A stretch of DNA of 63,497 bases, filler included, from Octopus bimaculoides (taxonomy: Eukaryota), in assembly GCF_001194135.2 (NCBI RefSeq). It is 7 parts of 7 records of this genome, joined end to end, with 100 filler letters (N's around TTAATTAATTAA, not from the genome) between each part and the next. Parts side by side here need not be neighbours in the genome. Positions count along the whole stretch, not along the records: positions 47,832 to 56,763 come from NC_069006.1; positions 56,864 to 61,687 come from NC_068991.1; positions 61,788 to 63,497 come from NC_068997.1; 4 more parts are not named here. One strand, 5' to 3'. Positions 51,753 through 63,497 of the stretch are shown piece by piece. The notes beneath the pieces were generated by a model that was not told the DNA's origin, did not search any database, and worked only from the letters and a program-made list of their open reading frames with translations. The position numbers and the translations under genes are program-made. Numbering within the stretch: position 1 is the first letter of the stretch; every line of letters starts with the position of its first letter.

Positions 51753-52177
51753 GTTTCAGCACAGTTGATTTCTTTTGTATTTCACATTAGGATGTACTTC
51801 TTTCTCTCTCTCTCCTCTCTTTCCTCTCTCTCTCCTCTCTCTCCTCTTTCTTCTCTCTTTTCTCTCTCTCTCTCTCTCTCTCCTCTCTTTCTTCTCTCTT
51901 TCCTCTCTCTCTCTCTCTCTCTCTCTCCCTCTGCAGTCATTTACCTATGTACATGTGAGTATATGAGTATATCTTTGTGTGTGTCTGTGCATTTACAAGT
52001 GTGTGTGTGTGTATGTGTCTGTGCATTTGTGAGTATGTGTATATGTATGTGCATCTGTGCATTTATGATTGTGAGTGTGTGAGTTCTGTATGTGTGTGTG
52101 TGTGTGTGGCTTGTAACCTGTATGTATATGTGTGGGTGCATATTTCTATACATTTGCATGTTTATCTTTCAGTAGCA

Positions 52178-52325
52178 AAGGTGCATGGCCTCATGGTTAG
52201 GGACACTCACTTCACAATCTTAATGTAGCAGGCTCAATTTCTGGATTGGGCAGTGCATTGTGTCCTTAAACAAGACACTTCATTTCACAGTACTCCAGTC
52301 TACTCTGATGGAAACAAGCACCTGC
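52178..52325 (+). mobile_element. SINE family C, degenerate and CpG-decayed
   Basis: TGGCCTCATGGTTAGG...TTGTGTCCTTAAACAAGACACTTCATTTCACAGTACTCCAG. Confidence 0.75.
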
Positions 52326-52705
52326 CTAGTGAATGAATACCAGCCCCGTTTTGGTATAGCTCCCTGCCTCTCTCCAAGCTGTCACAGCTAGATATATCAC
52401 TGGGTCAAAAGGTGGGAGAGTTGAGATGATGTCTAAGTTTGCTTGTGACTTACACAGGGTCCACTTGTAACAATTAGTGTGTCATGAATGTGTTTGGCAT
52501 TTTGTCATTGGCTGCTATGATATCTGTTGAGTTAGTGAATGAAAATGTATTTGTTGTGTTGTGTGACGAAGTAATTAACAACATATGTGAATAATTAGCA
52601 GAAGACTTTATTATTGTACAAAAAGGTTTTAACTGTTAAGTTTACTGTTATGACTTAGGTATACACGTCTGGTGTAAAATGGTATTACATAGATAATTAG
52701 TTGGT

Positions 52706-52923
52706 GGTGAAGGTGGTGAGCTGGCAGAAACTTTAACATGCTGGGCGAAATGCTTAGCGGTATTTCGTCTGTCTTTACGTTCTGAGTTCAAATTCTGCCA
52801 AGGTCGACTTTGCCTTTCATCCTTTCAGAGTTGATAAATTAAGTACCAGCTGCATACTAGGGCTGACCTAATTGACTGGGCCCCTTCCCAAAAATTCCGG
52901 GCCTTGTGCCTAGAGGAGAAAAG
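52706..52923 (+). mobile_element. SINE family B, full length with 11-bp TSD
   Basis: GGTGAGCTGGCAGAA...GAGTTCAAATTC...GGTCGACTTTGCCTTTCATCCTTTCAGAGTTGATAAATTAAGTACCAG; AATTAGTTGGT at 52695-52705 and 52924-52934. Confidence 0.93.
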
Positions 52924-53654
52924 AATTAGTTGGTTGTGGTTCTCTAAAGATAACTTATTGCAGAAATGTATGTTACTTGAAGGCAGGTACAATACTCAGT
53001 ATTCACTATTCAACTACTGACAGCTAAACCAACACACGTTGAACTAACACAGTAAACCAACATGGCCGAACTAACATCGTCAACTACGCTCCTTGACAGC
53101 AGAAGAGATTAGTCGAAGACTGAACCTGGAACCATGTGGTTGGGAAGCAAACTTCTTACCACGCACACACACGTGCTTACTTTCTAAAAAGATTTAACCA
53201 ATGGATAGAGTATTTTTTATCCTTTCTTAAGACCTGAATTCAGTCATGTGACCCAAAAGTTTTCTTGACTATTTCACACATAGAGTGAAAAGAAAAAAAA
53301 ACAGCAATTTGTGTGTGTGTGTGTGTGTGTGTGTGCGTGCGTGTGTGTATGCATGATTAAAAAAGTTCAGTTTTCATCCATTCGTTCATGCCAAAGCTTT
53401 AAAATTTAATTTTAAATATTTAAAGTTATTTCAAGAAAGGTTACGTCAAAAAAGTAAACCAGTGCCTAAATTACCTATTAGCATAAAGCTTTGATTCTTT
53501 AAAAAGATAATAATCCNNNNNNNNNNNNNNNNNNNNNNNNNNNNNNNNNNNNNNNNNNNNNNNNNNNNNNNNNNNNNNNNNNNNNNNNNNNNNNNNNNNN
53601 NNNNNNNNNNNNNNNNNNNNNNNNNNNNNNNNNNNNNNNNNNNNNNNNNNNNNN

Positions 53655-54380
53655 AACAGGCAAGAAGAATATTATCATTCTTGGAAAAGAGAAATCAAAC
53701 CTTAAGCTGAAAATCAAAACCGAAGTGGGCAGCAAGGAATGTCATTGTTGTTTTGATTGAAAGTATTATGAATAGTCTGAGTAAATTAAGAGATGACCCA
53801 TTCTGAACAAATTTTTCTGTTTCCCATGTCTGTTAGTTTGTAAGTATAAGAACACATTGTCTCAGCTTTGAAGTGATATTGAACACAAATATCACTTACA
53901 AGTGATATTCAAAATGAAATTAGTTCATTGTAAAGCTGTTACAAGTGAAGGTGTAATTAAGCCAATGATCGAAAAAAAAAAACAGCATTTGTTGCTGCTA
54001 TGTTTGGTGAGATTACAGACCTTCGAATGAAATTTTAACTGTCACACATTTTGCGATTTGTTGATGAGAAGGAAACGCTTCAAGAAAGATTTAGGGGATC
54101 AGTCAATGTCAGTAAAGAGAGAAAAGCTGCATCACTGACAGAAGTTGTACATTGTTATACACATTCACTTAATTTGGTATTCTCTCAATCAGCTTCAAGA
54201 ATTCGTGAATGTCAAATTTTCTTTCAAACTTTAAAANNNNNNNNNNCTTCATATCTCAAAGCATATATAATGCTACACTTTTGATGGAAAATAGGGGAGG
54301 GTGAACACTTGGAAATCCTCCCCCGACCTGTGGTGGTGGGGGACTGCATGCCCTAATTTCCTAGTCACCCTTTGACACTG
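53655..54380 (+). pseudogene. Internally deleted hAT transposon (ZMYM1/DUF4371-type transposase relic)
   Basis: KFFCFPCLL (TTF-type finger), LRFVDEKETLQERFRG, VHCYTHSLNLVFSQS (CxxH motif); GC-rich 3' subterminal ending ...CACTG at 54380. Confidence 0.85.
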
Positions 54381-54389
54381 ATATGTATA

Positions 54390-55231
54390 CAGGGTGTGGT
54401 GAATGAATTTTTGTCTTAGTTACGCAAAATGAAAATAACACTGATATCTCATTTTAACAAATATATTTACCAAAATTACATAAAAATATCTTGAAATACT
54501 AAAGAGTAAATTTGTTCTATAAAATTGTCATTAGCTTCAACCATAGCCTCCAGATGACTTTGGAATCTCCTGCAACTCTTCAGGACGGTCTCCTTGTTTA
54601 AGTTGGTGAATGCTGCCATAATCCTTGCCTTCAGTTCCTCTTTGATGTTACAAAGAGTTTTGTTGGTCTCTCACTCAACTGCACCCCAGACATAATAATT
54701 AAGGGGGTTGCAGTCTGGGGTGTTAAGTGGCCAGATTTTAGAGGTGATGTGGTTGCAGAAATTGTCTGACAGCCATGACTGGCTTCTGCTGCTTGTCTGG
54801 CATGGTGTAGACTCATGTTGCCAGACAAAGGGCCTTCCAGCAGCCATTCTCTTCAACCAGGGCAGCACTACCTCCTCCAGACAATTGATGTAGGCCTCTG
54901 TATTGAGTTTGAGACCATGTGGGATCACTCCAGACACCAAGATGTTGACTGCATGTTTGATTTTTATCACTCTCTGTACATGTTTTGGGGACTCAGATTG
55001 ATACCCAACACTCTGAAATATTCGTATTGGAGCTTCCAGTGAAAATACCAAGCAGCATATCATGTTGTTTCCAAATTTCTGACAGAGTGAATTGTGACAT
55101 GTTGCTGTTTTTCTTACAGACGATACCCAACTGACCCTACTATACTGTGTAGTCAACAAAATTAAAAACAAACAATGGGCATACACGAAATTAAAAATAT
55201 AAATTGGCAACAATTTACCTATCGCACCCTG
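54390..55231 (-). mobile_element. Internally deleted maT (DD37D)-like element with TIRs and TA flanks
   Basis: TA|CAGGGTG...CACCCTG|TA; minus frame NTEAYINCLEEVVLPWLKRMAAGRPFVWQ...KIWPLNTPDCNPLNYYVWGAVE. Confidence 0.9.
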
Positions 55232-55239
55232 TACATATA

Positions 55240-56109
55240 AGGTGGTATCAAAAAGTTCTCGAACTTGTTCTGTAGCGTGCCAACAGATGGCAGCACACAT
55301 TGAAAGCTAGCAATGGCCTTCATTAGTGTGCCAAGTGTGTTTACTTTACAAGTTGTGAAATTTGGGTTTTTGTGATCATGTGTATGCTGTAGTCTGCAAT
55401 TTTTGTCATGGACAAGAAGTTGGAACAAAGAGCCAATGTGAAGTTTTGTGTTGAACATGCGAAATCTGCTACAGAGACATTGAGCATGCTTTGGCGAGTT
55501 TACAGTGATGAGGCAATGGGTCGTACACAGTGTTTGAGTAGCGTGGGTGCTTCAAAAGCAGAAGAACATTCCTGAAAGATGACGAGCGATCTGGAAGACC
55601 TGCCATGAGCATCATCCCTGGAAATGTGGAGAAAATTTGTTAGCTTGTGCATGAGGATCGTCAGAGGACAATCAACAACGTTTTGAAGCATTTGAGGGAG
55701 GGCATTCATCGAAAGCGACCGGATCTATGGAGCTGGAAGAATTGGATTCTTCTCGATGACAATGTACATACCTGTCATTGAGTTCTCTTCACTTGTGAGT
55801 TTCTTGCCAAAGAACATGGTACAGCTTCTGCACCAGCCCTATTCACCAAATTTAGCATCTGTGGACTTCCATCTCTTCCCCAAAATGAAAAGTCAGCTTA
55901 AAGGTCACTGTTTTAACACCATTGTTGAAATTCAGAGCAAATCTGAAAAAGTCCTTCACTCACTTATGGAAAACGACTTCTAGGTCAGATTCCAAAAGTG
56001 GCAGGAATGATGGGATTGGTGTTTTGCTGCACAGGATGACTTTAAAATTTAGGTAAATAATTTATTTTTTATTAAATATAACTAGTTTGGGAACTTTTTC
56101 ATACCACCA
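55240..56109 (+). mobile_element. Internally deleted mariner (DD34D, irritans-like) with TIRs
   Basis: Left end AGGTGGTATCAAAAAGTTCTCGAACT versus right end (reverse complement) TGGTGGTATGAAAAAGTTCCCAAACT, with TA flanks; EQRANVKFCV, DDERSGRP and QPYSPNLASVDFHLFPKMKSQLKG. Confidence 0.92.
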
Positions 56110-56199
56110 TACATATGAGTAAGCACGTACATGTAAGTATGTATGTATAAATGTATGTATGTGTGTATGTATGTATGCATGTATGTATGTATGTAGTAT

Positions 56200-56290
56200 C
56201 TGTAGAAGACATTTACCCATGATGGCATCATGTAGTGGGATTGATCCTGAAACCATGGGGTTGGGAAGCAAATTTCTTAACCACAGACCC
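56200..56290 (-). mobile_element. SINE family A head fragment
   Basis: CCTGAAACCATGGGGTTGGGAAGCAAATTTCTTAACCACA. Confidence 0.7.
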
Positions 56291-56487
56291 ATGTGTGCAC
56301 CCTCTTAACTACAGAGCCAAGTAGGAGATCAGCTTCAATTTGAAACCCAATCTGTGTTCATCACTTGTTATTTATACGACAACAACAGATGTGTCAGTGT
56401 CAGAATTCAAGAACTGCTATAATTTGAATAACTATTTCAACTCTTCCTCTCATCTCAACAATTTACTATAAACAACTTTGGAATGTA

Positions 56488-56700
56488 CAAGGAAGATTCC
56501 GGAAAGTTTCTGGCTTTGGGGAAAAGAAAATACAGGGGGATCAGTTAATTACAATTTTATTCAACATATTCCTCTCTCAGGTTCCCTGAAGCAATCCTTC
56601 AGTTTTTCTAAGCCCTGTAAAAGAACTTGGAAGGTTGTACCTCTAACCAGGCCCCTTCATGATACCCTTAAAGCCATGAACTCTTCAGCCCCCCCTCCCC
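56488..56700 (-). mobile_element. Mariner-like element 3' end
   Basis: Terminus TA|CAAGGAAGATTCCGGAAAGTTTC; minus-strand LQGLEKLKDC resembles the mariner C-terminus. Confidence 0.6.
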
Positions 56701-56894
56701 AACGCCTGTGTTAGAATGGTGGCAGCTGATGGAGGAAAATGTTCTCTATGTGGCTTGTGTGTTNNNNNNNNNNNNNNNNNNNNNNNNNNNNNNNNNNNNN
56801 NNNNNNNTTAATTAATTAANNNNNNNNNNNNNNNNNNNNNNNNNNNNNNNNNNNNNNNNNNNNCCAGTGTCACTTTGATGGCATACACTAAAAA

Positions 56895-56904
56895 CATTAT
56901 AATG

Positions 56905-56965
<61 letters not shown>

Positions 56966-56994
56966 AAATAATAATAATAATAATAATAATAGTA

Positions 56995-57038
<44 letters not shown>

Positions 57039-57059
57039 AATAATAATAATAATGAAAAT

Positions 57060-57097
<38 letters not shown>

Positions 57098-57136
57098 CAT
57101 CTTTACGAATATTCATTTCAAGTATTTACTCATTCC

Positions 57137-57214
<78 letters not shown>
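56895..57214. repeat. (AAT)n/(ATG)n/(AGAT)n compound microsatellite
   Basis: Direct reading. Confidence 0.9.
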
Positions 57215-57215
<1 letters not shown>

Positions 57216-57845
57216 GTGTGGGTTTGTGCTTGTTCCCAACCACTGCTTGACAGCGGGCAAGAGTTTGTTTATATCATTGCAACTTAGCAGCTCAGCAAAT
57301 CATACTGGCAGAATATCATATTCAAAATAACTGCAGCGGTGGATTTGTTTGAGTAAATATTCCTGTGTGGCTGCAATCCAATGACTGAAGCAAGTGACAA
57401 ATAAAACATACATACATGTATGTGTGAGCATGTATACACACATGTGTGCACACATATTAACACACACCTGACTGTATGGTTAGAAACTTGCTTTCAAATC
57501 ATGTGGTCTCAGGTTCAGTCCCGCTGGGTGATATCTTAGGGAGTTTCCTCCACATTAGTCTCAAGAGGACCGGAGCTTTGTGAGAGGATTTGGTAGATAG
57601 AAACTGAAAGAAGCCCATCATATATATCTTTTATTTGTTTCAGTCATTAGACTGTTGCCATGCTGGGGCACTACCTTCAATTTTTAGTCGAATGAATTGA
57701 CCCCAATACTTATTTATTGTGTTAAGCCTGGTAATTATTCTATCAGTCGCTTTTGCAGAACCACGAAGTTCTGAAGATGTAAACGCACCAACACAGGCTA
57801 TCTAGCAGTATTGTTGGGGGACAAACACAGACACAGAGGCGCACA
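57215..57845. mobile_element. Cluster of SINE family A pieces: + 3' half, + 5' half, - 3' half
   Basis: 57215-57405 (+), 57470-57620 (+; TTTGTGAGAGGATTTGGTAGATAGAAACTGAAAGAAGCCC) and 57625-57845 (-). Confidence 0.8.
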
Positions 57846-58711
57846 GATACATATATGCATANNNNNNNNNNNNNNNNNNNNNNNNNNNNNNNNNNNNNNN
57901 NNNNNNNNNNNNNNNNNNNNNNNNNNNNNNNNNNNNNNNNNNNNNNNNNNNNNNNNNNNNNNNNNNNNNNNNNNNNNNNNNNNNNNNNNNNNNNNNNNNN
58001 NNNNNNNNNNNNNNNNNNNNNNNNNNNNNNNNNNNNNNNNNNNNNNNNNNNNNNNNNNNNNNNNNNNNNNNNNNNNNNNNNNNNNNNNNNNNNNNNNNNN
58101 NNNNNNNNNNNNNNNNNNNNNNNNNNNNNNNNNNNNNNNNNNNNNNNNNNNNNNNNNNNNNNNNNNNNNNNNNNNNNNNNNNNNNNNNNNNNNNNNNNNN
58201 NNNNNNNNNNNNNNNNNNNNNNNNNNNNNNNNNNNNNNNNNNNNNNNNNNNNNNNNNNNNNNNNNNNNNNNNNNNNNNNNNNNNNNNNNNNNNNNNNNNN
58301 NNNNNNNNNNNNNNNNNNNNNNNNNNNNNNNNNNNNNNNNNNNNNNNNNNNNNNNNNNNNNNNNNNNNNNNNNNNNNNNNNNNNNNNNNNNNNNNNNNNN
58401 NNNNNNNNNNNNNNNNNNNNNNNNNNNNNNNNNNNNNNNNNNNNNNNNNNNNNNNNNNNNNNTTGTATGATTGTGTATAGAGGAATATATTATTTTGTTT
58501 AAAAGAGTTCCAACTCTGTCTGTTTTTTATGTTTTATTTATATTCTTGTAAAATTAATGTGGGATATAGAATATGGAATATACAATATATAATATAAAAA
58601 TGGATGGTACAATGAAATAAAGTATTGAATGTCTTATTGAATATATGGAATATTGAGTGTTCAATATAAAGGATTAAATATATAAAGGCGAATACGTATT
58701 TTCTATACCTT

Positions 58712-59021
58712 GTGGTATTTCATCAGGATAATGCTCGGCCACATACAGCAAGGATGACATTTCAAAGGCAAGAACACTTTGAATGGGAAACAATGCTCCA
58801 CCCACCATATTCGCCAGACATTTCCCCATCGGATTATCATTCATTCCACAGTCTTCAAAATCAGTTGGATGGGGGAAATATGAATTCTGTAGATGCGGTC
58901 AGAACAGTACAGGAGGAGTATTTTTCATCACGGAGAAGTGAATTTTGGAAGCGGGGACTAGGAAGTCTACCATATAGATGAAAGAGCATTGTAGAAAATG
59001 AAGGAGAGTATATTTTAGATT
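58712..59021 (+). pseudogene. Mariner (DD34D, Mos1/SETMAR-like) transposase C-terminal relic
   Basis: FHQDNARPHTA...HPPYSPDISPSDYHSFHSLQN...FWKRGLGSLPYR*KSIVENEGEYILD. Confidence 0.92.
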
Positions 59022-59314
59022 ANNNNNNNNNNNNNNNNNNNNNNNNNNNNNNNNNNNNNNNNNNNNNNNNNNNNNNNNNNNNNNNNNNNNNNNNNNNNNN
59101 NNNNNNNNNNNNNNNNNNNNNNTCTTTAATCTTCATCTATAAAATATCTGAAAAATCAAATATGTACAATGTCTTAAATATGGCACTAACCTTAACAGCT
59201 TGTCTCTTGAGAAAATTACAATCGTTATAACATAGGTAGTATAGTCTTCGATCTCTGGCAGAGACCCGGCCACTAGCTAAAAGCCTCGAAACAAGCTAAA
59301 ATGTAGAATTAAAT

Positions 59315-59745
59315 AATAATGGTTTCAAATTTTGGCTTAATGCCAGCAATTGATTTGGAGAGGGATAAGGTAATTATATCCACTGTGGTTCTCGATTGGT
59401 ACTTATTTTATCGATCCTGAAAAGATGGAATGCCAGTTGACATCGGCATAATTTGAACTCAGAACGTAAAGTCACACGAAACGCCGCTAAACATTTTGCC
59501 CAGCGTGTTAACTATTCTGCAGGTTCGCCGGCTTAATAATATTCCTTTCTGCTATCGGTTGAAGGACTGGAATTTCTGGGATAGTCGGTTACATCGATTC
59601 AATACGAGACGGGTACTTAATTTATGAACCCCAAAATGATAAAAGGCAAAGATGACCTCGGCAGAATTTGAACTGAAAACGTAAAGACGAATGAAATGCC
59701 GTTAAGTATTTTACCTGGTGTACTAACGATGCTCTCAGCTCGCTG
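59315..59745 (-). mobile_element. Two tandem degenerate SINE family B copies
   Basis: Cores GGTACTTATTTTATCGATCCTGAAAAGATGG (about 59400) and GGTACTTAATTTATGAACCCCAAAATGATAAAAGGCAAAG (about 59612). Confidence 0.85.
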
Positions 59746-59747
59746 TC

Positions 59748-59801
<54 letters not shown>

Positions 59802-60402
59802 GCTTCAAATTTTTCCACCAGGTTAGTCATTTTGGGGAAGGATTTCTTCCCGAAATCATTGGACACTTTTTTTTTATCGTTGAATAAATTACCATGATCT
59901 AATGTGCCACAAAACATTTTTTTTGTCCTCAAAACGGGGGTGTGATGTGTAGTGAACCACTCGGAAATTTCACCCTTCATCCCGTCATCAAATCTTTTTT
60001 GCTGTTTTGTTCCTTACCCATATTTCTACATAACATTTTGCAGAAATCCATTTTCGAGAGTGTGGATTACATTAGACTGAAAATTGAAACAAGTTTGAAA
60101 GAATAAGTGAAAAAGCTGAAGTTACAGCAATTAGTGGTAACGAAGTCTGGGCTGGAGAGATAATGAATGAAAGAAAATTAATGTAAAGAAACACTAGAGT
60201 TTGTGTGTGTGTGTGAAACAATTAAAAGTATAATATTAAAACAAAATATCTTTTTTATACCACTTAAAATCACTTGATATATTAATCCCAGATGGCAGAA
60301 TAGATTTGAAAAAGAAATAAACTTTCCCTTGCAATTTTGGGCGCCGAAACTCTAACCGGGAAAGTAATGCGCTTTATCTTTGTGTGTGGGGCGAGAGTGA
60401 GT

Positions 60403-60505
<103 letters not shown>

Positions 60506-61787
60506 ATGATCACATTACGGATTTTCATAGCAAATCACACTCGATTTTTCTATGTGTGCGTGTTTGTGTATGTTAATATGTGTATGTGAGTCTGTGAGAG
60601 TGTACCCGTATGTATATGACAACCAAATCTGAAATATGCTTTTTCTTGTTGCACAATGAAGTTATGTTTTAAAAGTAAGGAAATATATGTTAAAATTTAA
60701 AGAAATCGAAGACTTTTAGTAAACAGAATATATTTTTTGTGGAAACAAAGAAATAAAAAACAATGATTGATTTGGAAAAAAATTATTATTCTTTTATTAA
60801 TTCTAACCTTTGAATGCTTGAAAAGTTTCAATATATTTTTAGAATCTTAAAATTTTACCAAATCCTAAACAAGAAATCACAATGTTTGTCATATATTCCT
60901 AACGTGACTCAATGAGAGGGTATAATTTAAAAGTAATGAAATATAAGTTAATTATTTTTTAATCTAAGACATTTAGTTATAGGAAAATATTTCTTATAAA
61001 AATACGTTTAATTTAGATAAAGATTATCGTTCGTTTAGAAATTTTGTCCTTTGGATTTTTCAGAAGTTTCAATATATTTTTATCATTTTCTAACTTTTCC
61101 CAAATCTTAAACAAAATGCCTTTACTTCCTCATATACATTTCTAACGTTGCATAATAAAATTATATGTTTCAAATTAAAACAAAAAAGGGGAAAATTTTA
61201 AACCGCTGAAAACATTTGGTTAAAAGAAAATATTTTTAGTGAAAACAAAAAGGGTTCATTTCAACATGGTTATTTCTAACCTTGCAATCTGTCAGTAGTT
61301 TGGATATTGTTTCATTATTTTTAACTTTTAGCATGTCTTATTTCTTATTTCACACATTCATTTCTTCTTTGTTTCGTCATATTCGATCTGATTGTTTTGC
61401 TATTGCTTTTTCTCAAGGTTCTTGCTTTTCTATTATTTTTTCATTACTTATTGTTCATTTTTTAAAAATCACTCTCTTTTATCTTGTAACTTCCTTCATT
61501 TTAGTTATTCACTCGCTTTTCAAAACAGTGATAGATTTTCAAATGAAATTTTTTTGGCAGCAAAAGCTTGTCTTCTAATTCTTGTTGTTTATATTTGAAG
61601 GATTCAATCCCACCTTTTTTATAAAATGGTATTTTCTCTAATGGGTTTTCCTCTCCAGCTCCATAATCCAAATTGGCTTCACAGAATNNNNNNNNNNNNN
61701 NNNNNNNNNNNNNNNNNNNNNNNNNNNNNNNTTAATTAATTAANNNNNNNNNNNNNNNNNNNNNNNNNNNNNNNNNNNNNNNNNNNN

Positions 61788-61839
<52 letters not shown>

Positions 61840-62726
61840 GTATGTATGCCCTATATGTATATATGTATGAATGCATGTATGTGGTTACATACATATACGC
61901 GAGCTCACACAAGCATATCTTTAACATCTAATCAGAAATTAATGTGTAGGATTTAAAAATAAATGATTATGGAGATTAAAAGGACGATTTTGAGATAGAA
62001 AACAACTTAGTAGACGATCGTGTTACCAATTATTCTGCACAGAACCTAACATTACTTCCTGACAAATTAAATTGTTTGTATGTTGCTGCTATTTTAACTG
62101 ACACTTCACTATCTACAAGTTTGAAGTATTTTTTACTTCATCTATCTATCTCTTTCTCTTCCTCTATCTATATGTTAGCATATCAATCTACTTATCTATC
62201 TTCCCGTTCGCCCATCTGTCTACCTATATATCAATAATGCATACATGAATGTATGTGTTTGGCGGATGAATACATTTAGCGATCATTGTAAAGTGAAAAA
62301 TATGTATTAGGGAATTTAGATAGAAGGGAACTAATGCTCTTGCGTATTATTGTAAATATTTTTATGTAAATGTGTTTTTAATATGGATATTGCATTATCC
62401 ATTTCTTATCTGACATTTGTGCTTTCAACACAAGGTGATCAGCTATGTGGACATTTACCGCAGAGGGCGTCCATACATAATACAACAGCATCAAACATCC
62501 CATATTCCCGTGTGTGTGCGTGTGTATGTATGCATGTATATACATTCATATGTGCGAGTGTACGGGTGTGTGTGTGTATATATATATGTCTATACAGACA
62601 CAAATACATACATATATGTATAGAAAAATGCACATGCACTTATATGTGTATGTATAAATGTATATATATATATATATACACACGCATATATATATATATA
62701 TATATATATGAATGCAAATATGCATG

Positions 62727-62762
<36 letters not shown>

Positions 62763-63142
62763 AACAAACATTCATGTGTATATACGTACGGGCATCTGTA
62801 TCCCCAATATGTATATTTTTCTGCGAAAATCACTTACTTACCTATTGCCCCCTTTACAAGCCCATATCTTCATCTTTTCTACATATTTCCATCCCTAAGT
62901 CGCTTTCCCCACCTATCTATCTATTCATCACTATTGCCCACTCGTTTCTTGCCCTGCACTCTCTCACCCTCTCACTTGCTCAATACCTCCCTTCCGTCCC
63001 CAATCTCACTCTCCATGATTGAGATTTTTACGTCAAGCGTTGAATGGTATCTATTTTCATGGGGTTAAAGTTTAAAAACTAAATTTTCCATGCACAATCC
63101 TAAGTTCATTCGTGCAAATATATCCAATCAAATGCACACACA

Positions 63143-63229
63143 CATACATAGTTCTATACATACATAGTTCTATACATACATAGTTCTATACATACATAGT
63201 TCTATACATACATAGTTCTATACATACAT
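63143..63229. repeat. 16-bp minisatellite x5.4 (CATACATAGTTCTATA)
   Basis: Five perfect units plus a partial sixth. Confidence 0.95.
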
Positions 63230-63453
63230 TACATACACATATACACGGGAAATGTGACTGCACGTACACACATAAGCACACACACACACACACGTATACT
63301 GCAATGCAAGTTTGTATGTATACATATAAATATGTACGTATATCTCTATCTATATCTCTCTCTATATATATATTTTATGTATATATAAAGATAAATATAT
63401 AGCGACCCATACACATACATATATATGCATATGTATCTATATTTATATATATC

Positions 63454-63497
<44 letters not shown>

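Noticed and set aside
56315-56422. Open frame SQVGDQLQFETQSVFITCYLYDNNRCVSVRIQELL as a third exon
   Set aside because: The best acceptor (CAG at 56314) is phase 0, which is incompatible with the phase-1 end of the 51658 exon; the pyrimidine tract is weak and adjoins a SINE.

Overview
AT-rich, microsatellite-saturated, heavily gapped eukaryotic scaffold. The SINE families and repeat spectrum point to an octopus (cephalopod) draft genome; this is inference from recalled repeat families, not a database result. Most of the window is non-coding: compound (AT/AC/ATAC/AGAT/AAT)n tracts, about 25 tRNA-derived SINE copies from at least four families, and decayed RTE, R4/Dong-like and CR1 LINE and hAT, maT and mariner DNA-transposon relics. 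No intact named gene is recognisable, and nearly all supplied ORFs are artefacts of microsatellites or N runs. The best non-repeat signal is a CpG-rich + strand Pol II promoter at about 33.6-33.83 kb (two ATCACGTGA E-boxes, an E2F-like site, CCAAT, TATA and Inr). It is followed by a leader with two uORFs, a candidate first coding exon (34150-34244) and a phase-compatible candidate exon at 51658, which lies inside a CpG-depleted domain (about 49-58 kb). Other leads are a small palindromic element family built from back-to-back hammerhead-ribozyme-like units, a hammerhead-like core in an R4 LINE 3' UTR, three nearly abutting DNA transposons, a CTCF-type motif, an orphan candidate exon at 4926-5015 and a 10-bp-phased CpG run. 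All are hypotheses that need testing.
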